From: the human T2T-CHM13v2.0 reference genome, Homo sapiens
DNA length: 64,000 nt
Assembly (NCBI RefSeq): GCF_009914755.1
Contig: NC_060929.1
Direction: 5' to 3' (one strand)
Made by a program: the position numbers and the translations under genes. The notes beneath the pieces are model-generated. The model did not search any database and was not told where the DNA came from. It worked only from the letters and a program-made list of their open reading frames with translations. The first letter of the stretch is position 1. Each line of letters opens with the position of its first letter. Positions 1 to 14,057 of the stretch are shown here, in pieces.

Positions 1-39
1 GTCTACCACAATACTCTTATTTTTCCCTTCTGAATTCAG

Positions 40-480
40 TGCATTAGATAGCTATTGCTGCAATAATGTCGTGTAACAAACTACTCCAAAACTCAGTGGC
101 TTATGGCAGCAAGCATATATTTTTCTCACTTGTGGGTCACAGGTTAGCTGGGATGGCTCTGCTTCAGGCTGAGAGTGGGGTGGCTTGGCTGTAGGGTTAA
201 GATTGGATTTATGTATGTTCCACATATTTCAACTGGGGGTCCAGAATGAGGCAGCAGAGAATATCAGGGGCATGATTTTTTCTGCACAATGTTAAGCATG
301 CAAGAGGACAAGCCAAGTCTCGTGTGCACATTTAAAGCCTCTGCTTGCATTCCATTTACTCAAATTCCACTGGTCAAATCACATGGCCAAACCAAAAGTC
401 AGTGAAGTAGGGAAGTAGACTTCACCCCAAGGGAGAGAGGTAAGAGGGTGAATATTTGCTGAAGAGGAATTCAATTTCCT
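40..480 (-). mobile_element. Old MaLR solo LTR (MLT1H-K-like)
   Basis: 'gctattgctgcaataatg..gtaacaaactactccaaaactcagtggctt' and 'ggtcaaatcacatggccaaacc' resemble antisense MLT1 consensus; subfamily and boundaries approximate. Confidence 0.65.
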
Positions 481-831
481 ATTCCTTAGGTGTAATAGTA
501 GCCAGCTTGGAGCTTCTCACTGATTATATACCTTCCAAATGTTTCGCCCTTTGACAGGTCACTGAAATAAGTGCAAAACCTCTCATTGTGACTTTTTAAA
601 GGCAACATACATTGGAATGTCTCCAGAATTCTCACTTATCTAGGACATAGATAAAAACCAGGAAGTAGTCAAGAAAGGTTACTGAGCATCACCTAAGTAG
701 CTAAACTAAGGTATGTAGATAACTCATAAAAGAACTCTTTAGAGCTGACCTACATCTATAAACTATTTACTCTTATTTTACACGCAATTCCAACAATGTT
801 GATTGCTTCATCTCTAAGTTCACAATAAAAT

Positions 832-882
832 CACACATACACACACATACAAACACATATACACACAAACACACACACACAC
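832..882. repeat. Imperfect (CA)n microsatellite
   Basis: cacacatacacacacatacaaacacatatacacacaaacacacacacacac. Confidence 0.85.
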
Positions 883-1059
883 CCCTAACAGATACCAACA
901 AGGAAAACATACATTATAGAGACTTAATCTTTGCTTAAAACACACACACAAGAGAATGCAATTATTATTTGCTATAGGGATAAATAATCAGTTCCACATA
1001 GCTCAATAAATCTTAAGGTTCTCACGAATTACATCACAATCTAAGAATAATTGAGCTAA

Positions 1060-1172
1060 AGAGTGGAATGCATGGGGTCAGGGAATCTTGCCCACCTTGT
1101 TCGCCACTGTTTTCCCATTGTCTGGGACAGTGCTTTGCACAGAGTATGCATTTACTAGATATATGTAGAATT
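1060..1172 (+). mobile_element. L2 3' end fragment
   Basis: 'cttgttcgccactgttttccc..tctgggacagtgctttgcacagagta..' resembles the L2 3' terminus. Confidence 0.5.
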
Positions 1173-1276
1173 AACATTTATAAAGTTGAAATTTTTATTG
1201 TTTATTAAATTCTATTTCAGATGGCAGAAAAGGACTCTGTGTGTATGTGAATCAACATGAGCTAAGCTGAGAATGA

Positions 1277-1819
<543 letters not shown>

Positions 1820-1926
1820 TAACTCTCTCCAGGTTTCCCTCCAATTCCCAGCAGAGAGAATTTTCTCCACCCCTGTTCCAATAAATGAACCAACAGGCAA
1901 GCAAAAAAACATAGCTACCAAGAGCC

Positions 1927-2432
1927 TGTGGTAGACAGACTCTAAGATGGCTCCTGCCTCCTGGTTTTCACACCCTTTTGTGACAACCCCCACCATGAGT
2001 GTGGGCTGGACTTACTGACTCCCTTGTAATTAATAAAATAGAGAGAAATGATAACATGTTACTTCTAAGATTAGATTATTAAAAGCCTATGGCTTTCCTC
2101 TGAGGCACATGCACTCTGTTGAATCACTTGCTCTGGGGGCACTCCGCACCTTATCATGACACAGCCCTGTGCAAAGGCCCATGTGACAAGGGATCAAGGG
2201 CTGCCAACAACCACGTGAGCAAGCTTGGCAGTGGCTCTTCACTCCACCTTACCCCAGTTGAACCTTTAGACGAGACCACAGCCCCAGCCAAAAACTTGAC
2301 TGCAACTTTATGAGAGTCCTTGAGCCAGAGACAAAAAGCTAAGCCATCCCTAGATCCTGATTCACAAAAACTAAGAGATAATAAATGTTTGTTATTTTAA
2401 GCTTTGAAGATTTAAAATAATTTGTTATGCAA
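1927..2432 (+). mobile_element. MLT1E/F-like solo LTR
   Basis: Starts tgtggtagacagactctaagatggc; contains 'gagtgtgggctggac' and 3' 'gagataataaatgtttgttattttaagc..tttgttatgca'. Confidence 0.75.
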
Positions 2433-5400
2433 AGTAAGTTTCTCCAAAGAAAGGTGAGTTATTAGTGAGCTAGGTGGACACTGTAAAGTATGTCTACTAA
2501 AAGTCTGTAACACATTTTCAAATATCTCTACCCCAAATCACTAAAAAAAAAAGTTTTATACTTTAAAAGCAAATCCCCTGGCCATATAGAAAGCTTAGCT
2601 GTCCAGAATAAAGAATTTCTTAAAGTTCTACACAACCACAGTTTTACCATACAAATTCTGAAATGCTCATAGGCACACCAGTCTTGTCATTTGGCAGCTT
2701 CCTCCTGGGTGAATTATCCAGGCCTCTAATGTTTCCTCCTTTACCTCCATGCTACTTTTCTTTTCACTCTTTCAATATTCATTATCATTCCACTCAGACT
2801 GCTGGCAAAGGAGGATACTGTGATACACAAACAGGTTGAGTTTGCTGCATAGCCAAAGCTCTGATGGAAGGCTTCAAAGGGTTGCAAAGTGAAAATAATT
2901 GCCCAAAAGATTTTTAGTGTTACATGTTGGTTTTGTTTTCCAAAATGTATTACATTTGCAATTATTATGGGTAATTAGAAATTCTATATTCAGGTTTTTA
3001 ATTCCACCACTGGTCAAACCTGGAGCTTAAAGCTTTAGTGAGCACTTTATATTTGCAAGACACATTGGAGATGTAACTGTGAAGATATACAGTCCTTGCT
3101 CTCAGAAAACTGAAAATATGTGAAAGGAAAAGATTTAAATACATAAAACAAATTTAGAACAATAAATACAAGGTACAAATCAAAGTGTAATTGATGTTCA
3201 GAGAAGTAAGAAGTCTACATGGAACTAGAGTAATCAGAGGAAGATTTAGGAGGTGGTAATACCTGAGTTGAGTATGAAGGGTAGGGAGAATTTAGAAGAA
3301 AATAAAGGGATAGAGTACTACGTACAAGATAAAGAACACAGAGAAAGAAAACATTTCTCAAATCTCACGTAGATTTCTACTTGCATGAATCTATTATTTT
3401 AAGCCTAAATACTGTCCAATATAAAAAAATGTAATTGTGTCCAGTAGCCATGATCCTTTAGGCCTGGGGTTAGTTAAGAGGACAGACATGAACAACACAG
3501 GGAACGAGGAATGGATGTCTCCTTTCAGGCTCCAAAACTGGCATGCCAAACAAGTGTTATAGGAGGAAGAAAAAAACCTTTGCCTACTGTCATGGTTCAC
3601 AACACTCTGCCAATTTCAACCTCCTCCCACCTGTCAACACTCAGTAGTATTACTAGGAGGAGTGAGCCATTACTCTCTTCTCCCCTCGTTTTGCACCTAT
3701 CTGGCTTCTGGCCTCCAATCCGTTTGTGGTATCTTGGGATTCTTGCAACACTCTTGCCAGGAGCATTGACAGGGCCTCCATGAAGGGTGCATTAGAACAC
3801 TATTCAAAGATACCTGGTGGAAGGAATTTGAGGGGGCTAAAATCCAACCCAGCCCCTGGGAGGGGCTGCAATCATGAAGAAGGGGTGTCTATTGTAATTC
3901 ATCTGCCAAGAGAAGTCATTTCTTTTGCAGTTTGCATAAAGGCACCTATATACCAGCAGTAGCCTTGAGCACTGCCAAATCTAAGCTAGACATTTTTAGG
4001 CCAGTGCTTTCCACCGGGTCCTCCCCTCTTGTCCACCATCAACTGATCTGACAAATAATGGAATAACAGGAATCCTATATACCAACTAGGGTGTATCTGA
4101 CCAGTTTTCCCTAAGACGATGAGGAAATGAAAGTTATTTTCAGGCAGCTCTGTTTGCTGAAGGAAATGCAGGATGTCAGAAGACTGCAATAGGAGGCTGA
4201 AAAAGATTTGTTTCTCCAGACCCTAAGCCCAGAATGGCATCCTCCATTCTGACTGATACCATCAACAAACAGTACTTACTGTACCAGTTGAATCAAATCC
4301 CTTGGTCTACGAACTAAAGGTTTAGTTATCCTTGAGTGTAAGTGCTCCATTCAAGCTCCCCAGGTACAGGCTGATCTCACACAAAGCTCTCTTGTTACAA
4401 CTCATTGACTAAGACCTAGTCAGCCACAAAAGAAAAATGACTAAAAGATTTTAAAGAAGGATTATTTCAAAGTTTGTAAAGGGAGAAATCATTTAATATC
4501 TCAATGGGCTTCAATGGTCAGGTCTTTTTGAAATCAACATCTAACATCATGATAATGATAAATCTTTTTTTCAAAAAATGCCTTTTCGGCACAAACTGAG
4601 CGACCACTTCATGAACAATTGGGCACCCAAATAATTGGAAATATTTCAGAAAAGCAAATGAAGCAAAAGAGATCATGGAAAGCCGGGAATATGTGGATGC
4701 AATTTTGAGTCCAAATGAACATGCAGTGTCATATACAAAATAATCAGTGAGATGTGAAAACTGATGTGGATCCCTTTGATTTGAATCAACAGGGTGTGAA
4801 GGACTCTTATTATTAAAGAAAAACCTTGGTGCCAGCTCACCCTTGCCCAGATCCAGACATCCACCATCCTAGCTCTCGAAGTGCCAAAGCCCAGGGCTAA
4901 GCTATAACCCATCAGGAGTCTTGAAAGCAGTTTTCGGGCCAGCACTTTTTGGCTGACTAATGCTCAATAGCCTTCCTCTTGTCATTCTTCTTCTGAAAAA
5001 TTTTCCTCCCCATTAGCAATGTTAAAAGTCCTTTGCAATATAGCGCATCTGATTTCAAGAAGAGAGGTGGCCTATATTTACAGACTAAATCCAGTGAAAC
5101 TGGAACATTGTCATATGGAAAAGCTATACAGCCATTCTTTCCAGAAAACTACCCAAGGGCAAGAAAGAGCAGTGTTCTTCCTACCCCAAAGAAGGAACCA
5201 AAAACCATCTTTCCAGAACCCCAAGGGGCCCTAAAGATCTTCTCCAGTGGTTTCCAAACTTTGTTCAGCCAAGTGTCAAAGTACTGAGAGAGGCTACAAA
5301 TGAAGAAAAGGGTGGCTTCATGGAGAGACAATGGAAAGCCTTTTTAAACAAATAATTACTTGAGGCTTTCTTCAATGACACCTTAAAATTAACAGAAGAA

Positions 5401-5659
5401 AATCTGAAAAACTCTGTAGTGTAGCAGGATTATATCTTGGAATCTTAATCTGTGTGTAGGTTCTGTATTCCTTTCTGCTTTCTCAACAATACTCAAGGCC
5501 ACTGTTCTCTCTTCTAGCCAAAACAGTGCTAGCCTGAGAATGGTACTTTAAAAAGCCTATGCATAAACCTTTACCATGTAAAGACTGGATGGAATAAGGG
5601 GAAGGGTGGAAGGGAGAGCAGTGTGCAGTGGATACATTTAAGTTAAAAAAGAAGGAGGA

Positions 5660-5956
5660 GCCAGGCGCGGCATGGTGACTCATGCCTGTGATCCCAGCTC
5701 TTTGGGAGGCTGAGGCAAGCAGATCACTTGAGCCAAAGAGTTTGAGACAAGCCTGGGAAACATGGCGAAACCCCGTCTCTACTGAAAACAAAATTAGCTG
5801 GGCATGGTGGCACATGCTTGTAGTCCCAGCTACACAGGAGGCTGAGGTGGGAGGATCACCTGAGCCCAAGAAGTCACAGCTGCAGTGAGCTGTGATCATG
5901 CCACTGCACTCCAGCGTGGGAGACAAGAGTGAGACCCTGACTCAAAACCTCAAAAG
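5660..5956 (+). mobile_element. Alu (AluJ-type)
   Basis: Alu dimer with J-like 'ggaggatcacctgagcccaagaagtc'; TSD aaagaaggagga at 5648-5659 and 5957-5968. Confidence 0.93.
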
Positions 5957-7310
5957 AAAGAAGGAGGAGGACTCCCAGAAGTCCTCCAAGTGAGAAAGAG
6001 AAAAAAGGACTGTCTGTCTGAAGACTGAAGAGAGGAGTGGAGGCATCTCAAGGCAAGTTGCTCCAGTAATTGAGGACAATCATCTTCCAGAATTGAAGGA
6101 GGAGGGCTTGGACATCACGTGTTCTACCAAGTCTCAATCACAAAGGTGTGATTGAAAATTAGAAGGGAAAACTTGCCCCCTGACCAAGGTGGCAACAGAA
6201 TAGAACAGAAGCATTTGTAAAGTCTCCTCTGAGCCAAAGTAGAGGTGTACATGTTGCCCCTCTTCCAGTTAAGCCCACCTTAGAAGAATGCATTGGAGAT
6301 CCCTGTGCTACACTAAAGAAATGGCAGAATGAGCCAGAGGTAAAAACACACATTTAGATAACTGATTGAGGAATTAACCCAATTCTTTTTTACCTTACAG
6401 TTCAAAGAACACACGCAGATGAAGAAATTTTCTCTGTAATTACTGTTTATTTCCTATACTTACAATGAAATCCTATGCTGACTTTCAACATGCTTAATGA
6501 TATTCATATTCTATCTGATGAATAAACTTCCAATGAAATGAGATATGTTTCTTAACAGAACCTGTTATTGACTGAAGAGCAATGCATGGGCATGTGAGAA
6601 GAGCAGCAAATCTGTGACAAACAATACTGTGGGAGCAGTAAAATGCATCAAAACCATTGCACAATCTGACTAGAATAGTAGACATTGTGTTCACCAAGAA
6701 TGCCTTGACAAAGCATCTGGCTCTTGATCTTCTTGCTATGTGCAATGAGCCGGTAAAAATGAGGCAGATACTTTCAACCAACCAATATCCCAGGAGTGAC
6801 TTAACCAGCTCTCACTGAGAAGATATAATTATTGATATTTCACCAAGAGTTGCATGAAAATGCCCTGAACCTCCTCTTGGGCAGCACTGACATAGCTCAT
6901 ACAACTGAAAAGTCTGCAGATATATATATCCAGATATTTATGAGCTTGAGTTTTTGAAATATTAAGAGAAATTGCTTGGACACCAAAACTGATATACCAT
7001 GCTACGTTCCTACCACTCACCTTGATCCTCCACAGTTGAGAGACTGATTGTGAAAGACTCACTCATTAGCCGAGAATCAGGTAGAAATCATTTTTATTTT
7101 TCTCCACAGTTTATAATTTAAAATTTTTATGTTAAAACAGACAGATTTATTATAGAATTTTAAATTCACATGAATTTCTGACATAAAAATATAAGAACTG
7201 TTCCAATTTTCTCTGGGGATGAGGCTGGAATATGGCCCCATACTTCCAGAGATATCAATTCAATGTCTACACTACTAGGGACACTTAACGGGGAAAATTG
7301 AGAAGCACCT

Positions 7311-7612
7311 CCTTATCATAAGTGAAATAACTCAGCAACAGAAAAACAAATACTGCATGTTCTCACAAGTGGGAACTAAACAATGGGTACACGTGGACAC
7401 AAAGATAGAAATAGTAGACACCTGGGACTCCAAAAGGGGGGAGGGTGAGAGGAGGGGTGAGGATTGAAAAATTACCTATTGAGCACAATGTTCACTATTT
7501 GGGTTTTGGGTTCACTAGAAGCCCAATCCTCACCATTACACAATATATCCTGTAACAAACCTGCATATGTACCCCCTGAATCTAAAATTTAAAAAAAAAA
7601 GAAGAAGAAGAA
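7311..7612 (+). mobile_element. 5'-truncated L1 3' end (L1PB-like) with A/GAA tail
   Basis: 'aagtgaaataactcag..aaatactgcatgttctcac..aagtggga..gaaaaattacctattg..aacaaacctgcatatgtaccccctgaatctaaaat' followed by poly(A). Confidence 0.85.
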
Positions 7613-7939
7613 GATGCACTAGCCTGGAGTCCATATACGGAGAAGCCTAGTAGGTATAAAACACTCAGTTTTCATAACTGTTCATGGCGGGAAAAGCAAT
7701 GCAACATTTAGAAGCCCTTGCAATAGACATAGTTACTGAAGCGGCATCACATAGCATTTTGGAAAAGACAGTAATGTGGACAACACACATGTCCATGCAA
7801 TATATCTCAACTTTTGTCAAACAACAAATGGACCCTGTTAGAAAAAAAAAAAAAATGTAGTCTGGAATTCATGCTATCTAAATCTGCTAAAAACAAAATA
7901 ATTAGTCAAGAGGATATTTTAACTGAACATGGTTCACAG

Positions 7940-8265
7940 TTGTTTTTTTCTTTTTTCTTTTTTTGTTTTTTTTTTTTTTTTTGAGACAAGGTCTCACTCT
8001 GTCACCTGGACTGGAGTGCAGTGGCTCAATCTCGACTCACTGCAACCTCCGCCTCCCGGGTTCAAACAATTCTCCTGCCTCAGCTTCCCAAATAGTTTGG
8101 ATTACAGGCACGTACCACTATCACCCAGCCAATTTTTCTATTTTTAGGAAAGATGAGGTTTTACTATGTTGGCCAGGCTAGTCTTGAACTCCTAACCTCA
8201 AATGATCCACCCACCTAGGCCTCCCAAAATGCTGGGATTACAATTGTGAGCCACCGCACCCGGCC
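7940..8265 (-). mobile_element. Alu (AluS-type)
   Basis: Antisense Alu dimer; TSD aactgaacatg at 7921 and 8266. Confidence 0.95.
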
Positions 8266-8833
8266 AACTGAACATGTTTTAGAAGATGGCAATGTTAGCC
8301 TCATCTCTAGATCCTTAATCACTTAGTCATTATGTTTTCCTTATCTGTGTTATTTCTCTTGATGTGGTATCTTTCCCTGCCTGAGACAACCCAGTCAAAA
8401 AGCATCATGGAAAGATTATCCATTCCTTAGCCCAGCGAGCCCTAGCCCCGCCTTCTCCCTCCAGTTTCAGAATGAGTTCTGCAATCTTATCCTTTCATAC
8501 GCCACCCCTATCTACCCTTCTCTAACTGGTATCTATCTCACTGCATCAGTTATGTATGTTATAATCAACCTCATATCTCAGTAGAAAATTTTTAAATAAT
8601 GCAGAGAAAATTATTTTGAAATGAAATGAAAACTTTAGTAATTTGATTTGCAGGAAACGAAGAACAAAGTGTCACAACCTGAGTGCTTTTAAATAAGTCA
8701 TAATTAATTACGCATGCATCTATGTTCGGATGCTCAATTTATGACTAATTATGCAGAAAATGTAATTGCATGCTGAAGTATTCAATCGTGCCTTCTCTCA
8801 CTCTTATTTGCACCAGGCAAGGGTTGTGGTTTC

Positions 8834-8865
<32 letters not shown>
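8834..8865. repeat. (GTT)n trinucleotide microsatellite
   Basis: About 10 perfect GTT units. Confidence 0.95.
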
Positions 8866-9699
8866 AATGGTACGTATCACTTATTGAAATTGTTGAAATG
8901 TTGTCAAGACGGAAATAATCATGTGATCTCTCCTATAATGTAGTTGTTTCTGTTGAGAAAACTGCAGAAAGATCTAAAATTGTCTCCTAACTTATTTTTC
9001 AAAAAAAAAATGTATGCACTTCTCTTTTCTTTTGTCCTCTACTGAAATACACTTGCTAAGAAATCACATTAGGCATATCCTGCCAGCTTCGTTTCTCCTA
9101 TAGATTTGCAATACAGACTTTTTATTTTCTTGGAAAAGTCATAAAGCTCAAAGGAATCATGAATGACCGTCACATTTATGTCATCCTAGACAGGCTTCTT
9201 TTTAATGATACTAAAGGGAATGTGTAACCTTTTCTCCATCTTAAGATGCCTAATAAAGTGACTATCAAGGAAGCAAAGGAAATAAAACCAAATTTAAAAC
9301 TTCCTCCTAATGAGTCATGGGAATAATAGCATTTGTGAATATTTTCTCACTGAAGAGAAAAAGAGAGAGAGAGAACACAAGGAGGCAAAAAACTGGAAAA
9401 ACTCTTATAATATTTAACAAGATAATATTTAATATTTACAATATTTAACAAAATAACAGCTACATTATTGTGTTTTTCAGAAACTCTTAATGAAGCTTCA
9501 CTACATACAGTTGCCTTTTCCTCTTTCTCTGCATAAGCCAAATAAATGTCAGAGCCCTCTGTGGCCTGATATCAGAGAGGTGTCACCTAAAAGAGACACT
9601 GCCCAGCCACCGAAAGCAAAAGGCACTCCAGCCTCTGCATGCCTCTGAAGAGCCTGTGTCCAGTATTAGCAGAGCTCACCCATCCACAGCTCTCACCTT

Positions 9700-10033
9700 C
9701 CAAGCTCATGGAAGCCTATGCCTCCCAGGCCCCCATGGGCAGGCCCATCATGAGCCCCAGTGCAGGCAATGGGCTGCAAGTAAAAGTCTCTTCCTGGCAG
9801 AAGCCTGGAGCAATGGTTGTGAGGTCTCCATGCCCTCTCCTCTCCTGCCATTCTTATGACAGTAGAATCATGAGATCGAAGCAGCTGGGGCCACCAAGTC
9901 ACTACATGGAGGACACCTGCACTGGAGAGTCACTCCAGACTCTGAGCAAGAAATGAAATTGGGTTGTGCTAAGTCTCAGAGATTTAGGAGTGGTTCGCTA
10001 CTTGCAAGGGGCAGAACCTACCCTATCTTGACT
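9700..10033 (+). mobile_element. Old MLT1 (H/I/J-like) LTR 3' portion
   Basis: 'tgagcaagaaatgaaatt..tgtgctaagtctcagagatttaggag..cctaccctatcttgact' matches the MLT1 3' end pattern; 5' boundary uncertain. Confidence 0.55.
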
Positions 10034-12088
10034 TGCAAGCATTAGAAGAAATGCAATTCTTACTCTCTGAAGCACTTCCAGAACCCTCTATTTGCCCCCC
10101 TCTAAATATTCTCCCAGCCTACCTGCTTCCGAGCCTCTCCCTCTTTCAGCCTTCCCACCAAGCCCAGCAATCAGGACTCTGGACTATTTTCCCCCCTTGC
10201 CTCCCTGCTCTCTAATCCAGTCTGTCTCCTGATTCTACATCACAAAAGCCCAAGAGCTGGGTTGACAAAAGTCAAACTGTTTAGTGGGCTGAGGATAAGA
10301 ATAAACTGAGCTTTCAAGGGGGAAAAACATCCCTTTGGGACAGGCAAAGCAGGGTGAAAGAAATGGAAACACTCACTTGCTGAAAAATGCTGTCCCCAAC
10401 ATATTTGGTTTTGTCCCAAAAACAAGTGTGTCAGGATTCACGCTTTAGTGACTTATTCTTCCCTGCCTAGCCCATTGCAGCTACTAATACATGTTTTACT
10501 TTTGAGCATCAGTGCTATTATTCTTTGACCTCCATTTTCCAGCATCATCAGAGGCACTCGCCATAGCCATCATCTATCTATGTGCATCAGCCTCTAGACT
10601 TGTGTAATATACAACCTGCATCCTATAGGCACCACCTCCATGGCACTCGTAACATGATATCAAAAGAGCCAGAAAAGCAAAACTCACATAATAGCAGTTA
10701 GCATAAAGGACTATCCAAACTATTATGTAAGACTTTTATTTAGTTGTTCAACAATGCTATTAATAAAATCCACCAATATTAGCCCCAAAGTTTACAAACG
10801 TTGTATCAGTAGGTGGGGTGGTGACAAGAAGATGTATAAGACATGGTCTTGAACCTCAAAAAGGTTGTCTCTACAAAGAGAGACAGGACACATTCATAAA
10901 AAGACAGATCTCAGCAGAGGATAACATTGAACACAGGCAAAATAGATGGAATTTATAACATGTTATGGTTAAGGTAGGCTGAAGCGATTAAGGAAAACAA
11001 TGGAAGAGGTGGGTATTGAGCTAGAACCCAATAGATGTAGGCAGATCAGAAAAAAAAAAAAAGAAATGAGAAACCCATCTTTACATGTCAGGGAGGAGTG
11101 ACAGTGTGTGCTGACAGGACTGAAAAAGGAGACTATTTGTCATTGTGTGGGACCAAACTATTTCCAAAGCCACTCAAAACAAACTGAAAGGGATGTGACT
11201 CTCATATTTCACAGGAATGTTTGATAGTCACAGTTTCACACCTCAGAAAGAGCACTTCTTCATCTCCCTGATCAAAATCATCTAATCAACACTCATCTAA
11301 GTGAGGGTGTAAACAGTGCATTATGCAGATATGGTCCCTGCCCTCCAAGGGATTACAATCTAAATCGTCAAACCTGGCTCCAACAAGCATATAGACGTAA
11401 TTAACATAGATAAGGATGAAGAATGCATTTTCTACAAGCCTCACTGCCATCAGACAGAACAATTTGTAGTCATCACTGATCTGAGCTGAATTCAAATTAG
11501 TGACCCAAAGGCTCCACTGTCTGGGTGTTATTTTCAATCTCCTTAGCTATCCAATCTCCAGAAGTTTCATTTTTCATTCTTACTGTGCAGTCATCATCAA
11601 CTACCAAAGGGAAAGACTGCAATCCAGACACACTAAAAATAGCATTCTTGCCTTCTGAAAGCCAGACTTAGATTTATGACAGTTTTAAAATTTGGTTCTT
11701 CATCTTAAAAGTTCAACATTCCGCAAGAACTGTGTGAAGTAATACCTACCTGGTCTTTAGAGCATGAAACCCCATAACTTGATGCAGTGGGAGAGCAGGC
11801 CTTTATGTAATCCATTTACATTAGGGAGAGATAGCATTTTCTTTGGGTTGACAGGTTGACAAGCCTTCATGTGTTTTCCACTTAATCAGCAGAATCATTA
11901 AAGCACTGAGGGTTTTGATGGTCTCAGTAAAAAACATCTATTTCTGTAGAACCTATCACTATAAATAATTTAACAAACATACCCCCCACCAAAAAAAAGC
12001 ACTACAAAAAGAAGAATTATTTTGTACTTAAATCATAGACCACTCTGAAGTTGAGACAAAGGGAGCCCAGGTTTAAAATGAGGGCAGG

Positions 12089-12189
12089 CGCCGGGCGCAG
12101 TGGCTCACGCTTGTTATCCCAGTACTCCAGCCTGGGCAACAAGAGCGAAACTCCATCTCAAAAAATAAAAATAAATAAAAAGAAAAAAA
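12089..12189 (+). mobile_element. Internally deleted Alu (~70 nt body plus A tail)
   Basis: Alu 5' end joined directly to Alu 3' end; TSD taaaatga(g/t)ggcagg at 12074-12088 and 12190-12204. Confidence 0.92.
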
Positions 12190-13566
12190 TAAAATGATGG
12201 CAGGATGATGTCCAACAATAAATCATAAAGCTAAAATGAAAAGCAGGTTACAGAAAAGTATAATTCAATTTCTGCTTGAGGGTGTGTGTGTGTGTGTTTA
12301 CATTTATATTTCCATTATACTGGGAGAATTATATCAATATAAACCGTTAACATTATTAATCAGAGAGATGACTTGTGGTAGAGGGAACTTTCATTTCTCT
12401 GTATTTTTGCAATAATCTTGTCTTATCAGAAAAAGGTATTTCCATTTAGGAAATATATACATACATCTAGACTATACATAGGTACATAAATTTATACCAG
12501 TGCAAATCAAGCTGAATTTCCCATCTCCTTCTGACTGGCAGGATATAGTGATTGTTGTCAAGAATGAACTGACATTAGCCCAGGAATCTATGCTGGGAAC
12601 CTAATCTCATTCAGGAAAGTAGAAGCAATCAACTAAGACTGGGGCTAAAAGAAAACTAATCTGGTTATAGGATGTGTCTCCAGAGGGTGACCAGCAGGCC
12701 ACATTATAATGATAAGGGAGAACCAATACCCACAGGATCTTATTTGTGGCCTAGAATTTGGCAGTAGCAGTCTTGGGACAATAGCGTACACTGGTTTCTA
12801 GATGTATAGGAGCATCTTGTTGTGGGAATGAAAAGGAGAGGTGTTCATCTGGGTGAAATAGGACCTCAGCCACCTGGGGAGAGAGGGAAGGCAAGGGTTG
12901 GCAGCAAGACCACCCCTGGACAAAAAGCCGATCTCAGGGCAGGTCTCTGATGTCAACAGAGAATTGGAGTAACAACCAGGAACCAGAGCAGAATCCTAGC
13001 CGGGCATAGTGATAGGTGGTGCAGGGAGAAACAAAGAGGCTGCAGTTAGGTAGGCACACCTTACTCCAAGGCCCACAGGATCATTCCAAATTCTATGTTC
13101 TATTACTAGTGAGAAAATGGGTGCCTTTTTTAGCCCCCAGCATGACTCTCAGTGGTTCAGGGGCTGAGCTATAAGCTAAAAGTTTTTAGTATCTAAATTA
13201 GGGTACCACTGACCAGGCACAATCAATACCAGCAGTTGAGATAACGTTTCTCACAAAATTAAGATAATGTTTCCTCTAATACTCACCAGTTAAAATATAG
13301 ATAAGTCTAGTCCCAAAAGTAGGTTTTCTGAAAACTTACATAATATCTGAGTACCGAAGCCAGGATTGCCTGTTCAGTAGCTGTGAGCCTTTGAGGTCCA
13401 GAGTTAACATAAAAGAAGACAAAAAGAAGTCTGTTTTACTAAATCTTAGAAGATTTTATTGATACCCTGATATCCATCTGGAAATCAAAGCAACTGGCAT
13501 ATGAACTTTCCAAGCAGTTTCACAAAAAACATTCAGAATAAGGACTCTATATGAAAGAGGGAAACT

Positions 13567-13680
13567 GGCTGGGTGCAGTGGCTTACACCTGGAATCCCAG
13601 CACCTTGGGAGGCCAAGGCAGGAGGATTGCTTGAGGCCAGGAGTTTGAGACCAGCCTAGGCAACATGGCAAGACTCCATC

Positions 13681-13716
<36 letters not shown>

Positions 13717-13905
13717 AGTTGGACATGATGGTGCATGCCTGTGATCCCAGCTACTCGAGAGGTTAAGGCAGGAGGATCACTTGAGCCCAGAAGCTTGAGG
13801 CTGCAATGAGCCATATTTGTGACACTGCACTCCAGCCTAGGTGGCAAAGCAAGACTCTGTCTCAAAAAAAAAAGGAAAGAAAAGAAAAGAGAAAAGAAAG
13901 AGAAA
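13567..13905 (+). mobile_element. Alu (AluJ-type) with 31-nt central poly(A)
   Basis: Alu dimer; pure A run 13684-13714 between arms; A/G-rich tail. Confidence 0.93.
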
Positions 13906-14057
13906 AACGATCCGTCCTCATCTAGTGGCTGTGATCTAGTGGTTGCTCAGGTTGTCCAGCTCCTTCCTACCTTCCCCCTAAAAATTTTCAGCGTCTTGAG
14001 ACATCAAGCTAAATGGACTGGCATTTTAGTCTCTATCTTTTCCAGAATCAAGAGATC

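Noticed and set aside
3850-3868. 8-bp inverted repeat cagcccct-ggg-aggggctg
   Set aside because: Short enough to occur by chance; no supporting context
6380-6440. Good-looking splice acceptor (ttctttttaccttacag)
   Set aside because: No convincing donor or coding frame nearby; cannot support an exon without RNA data
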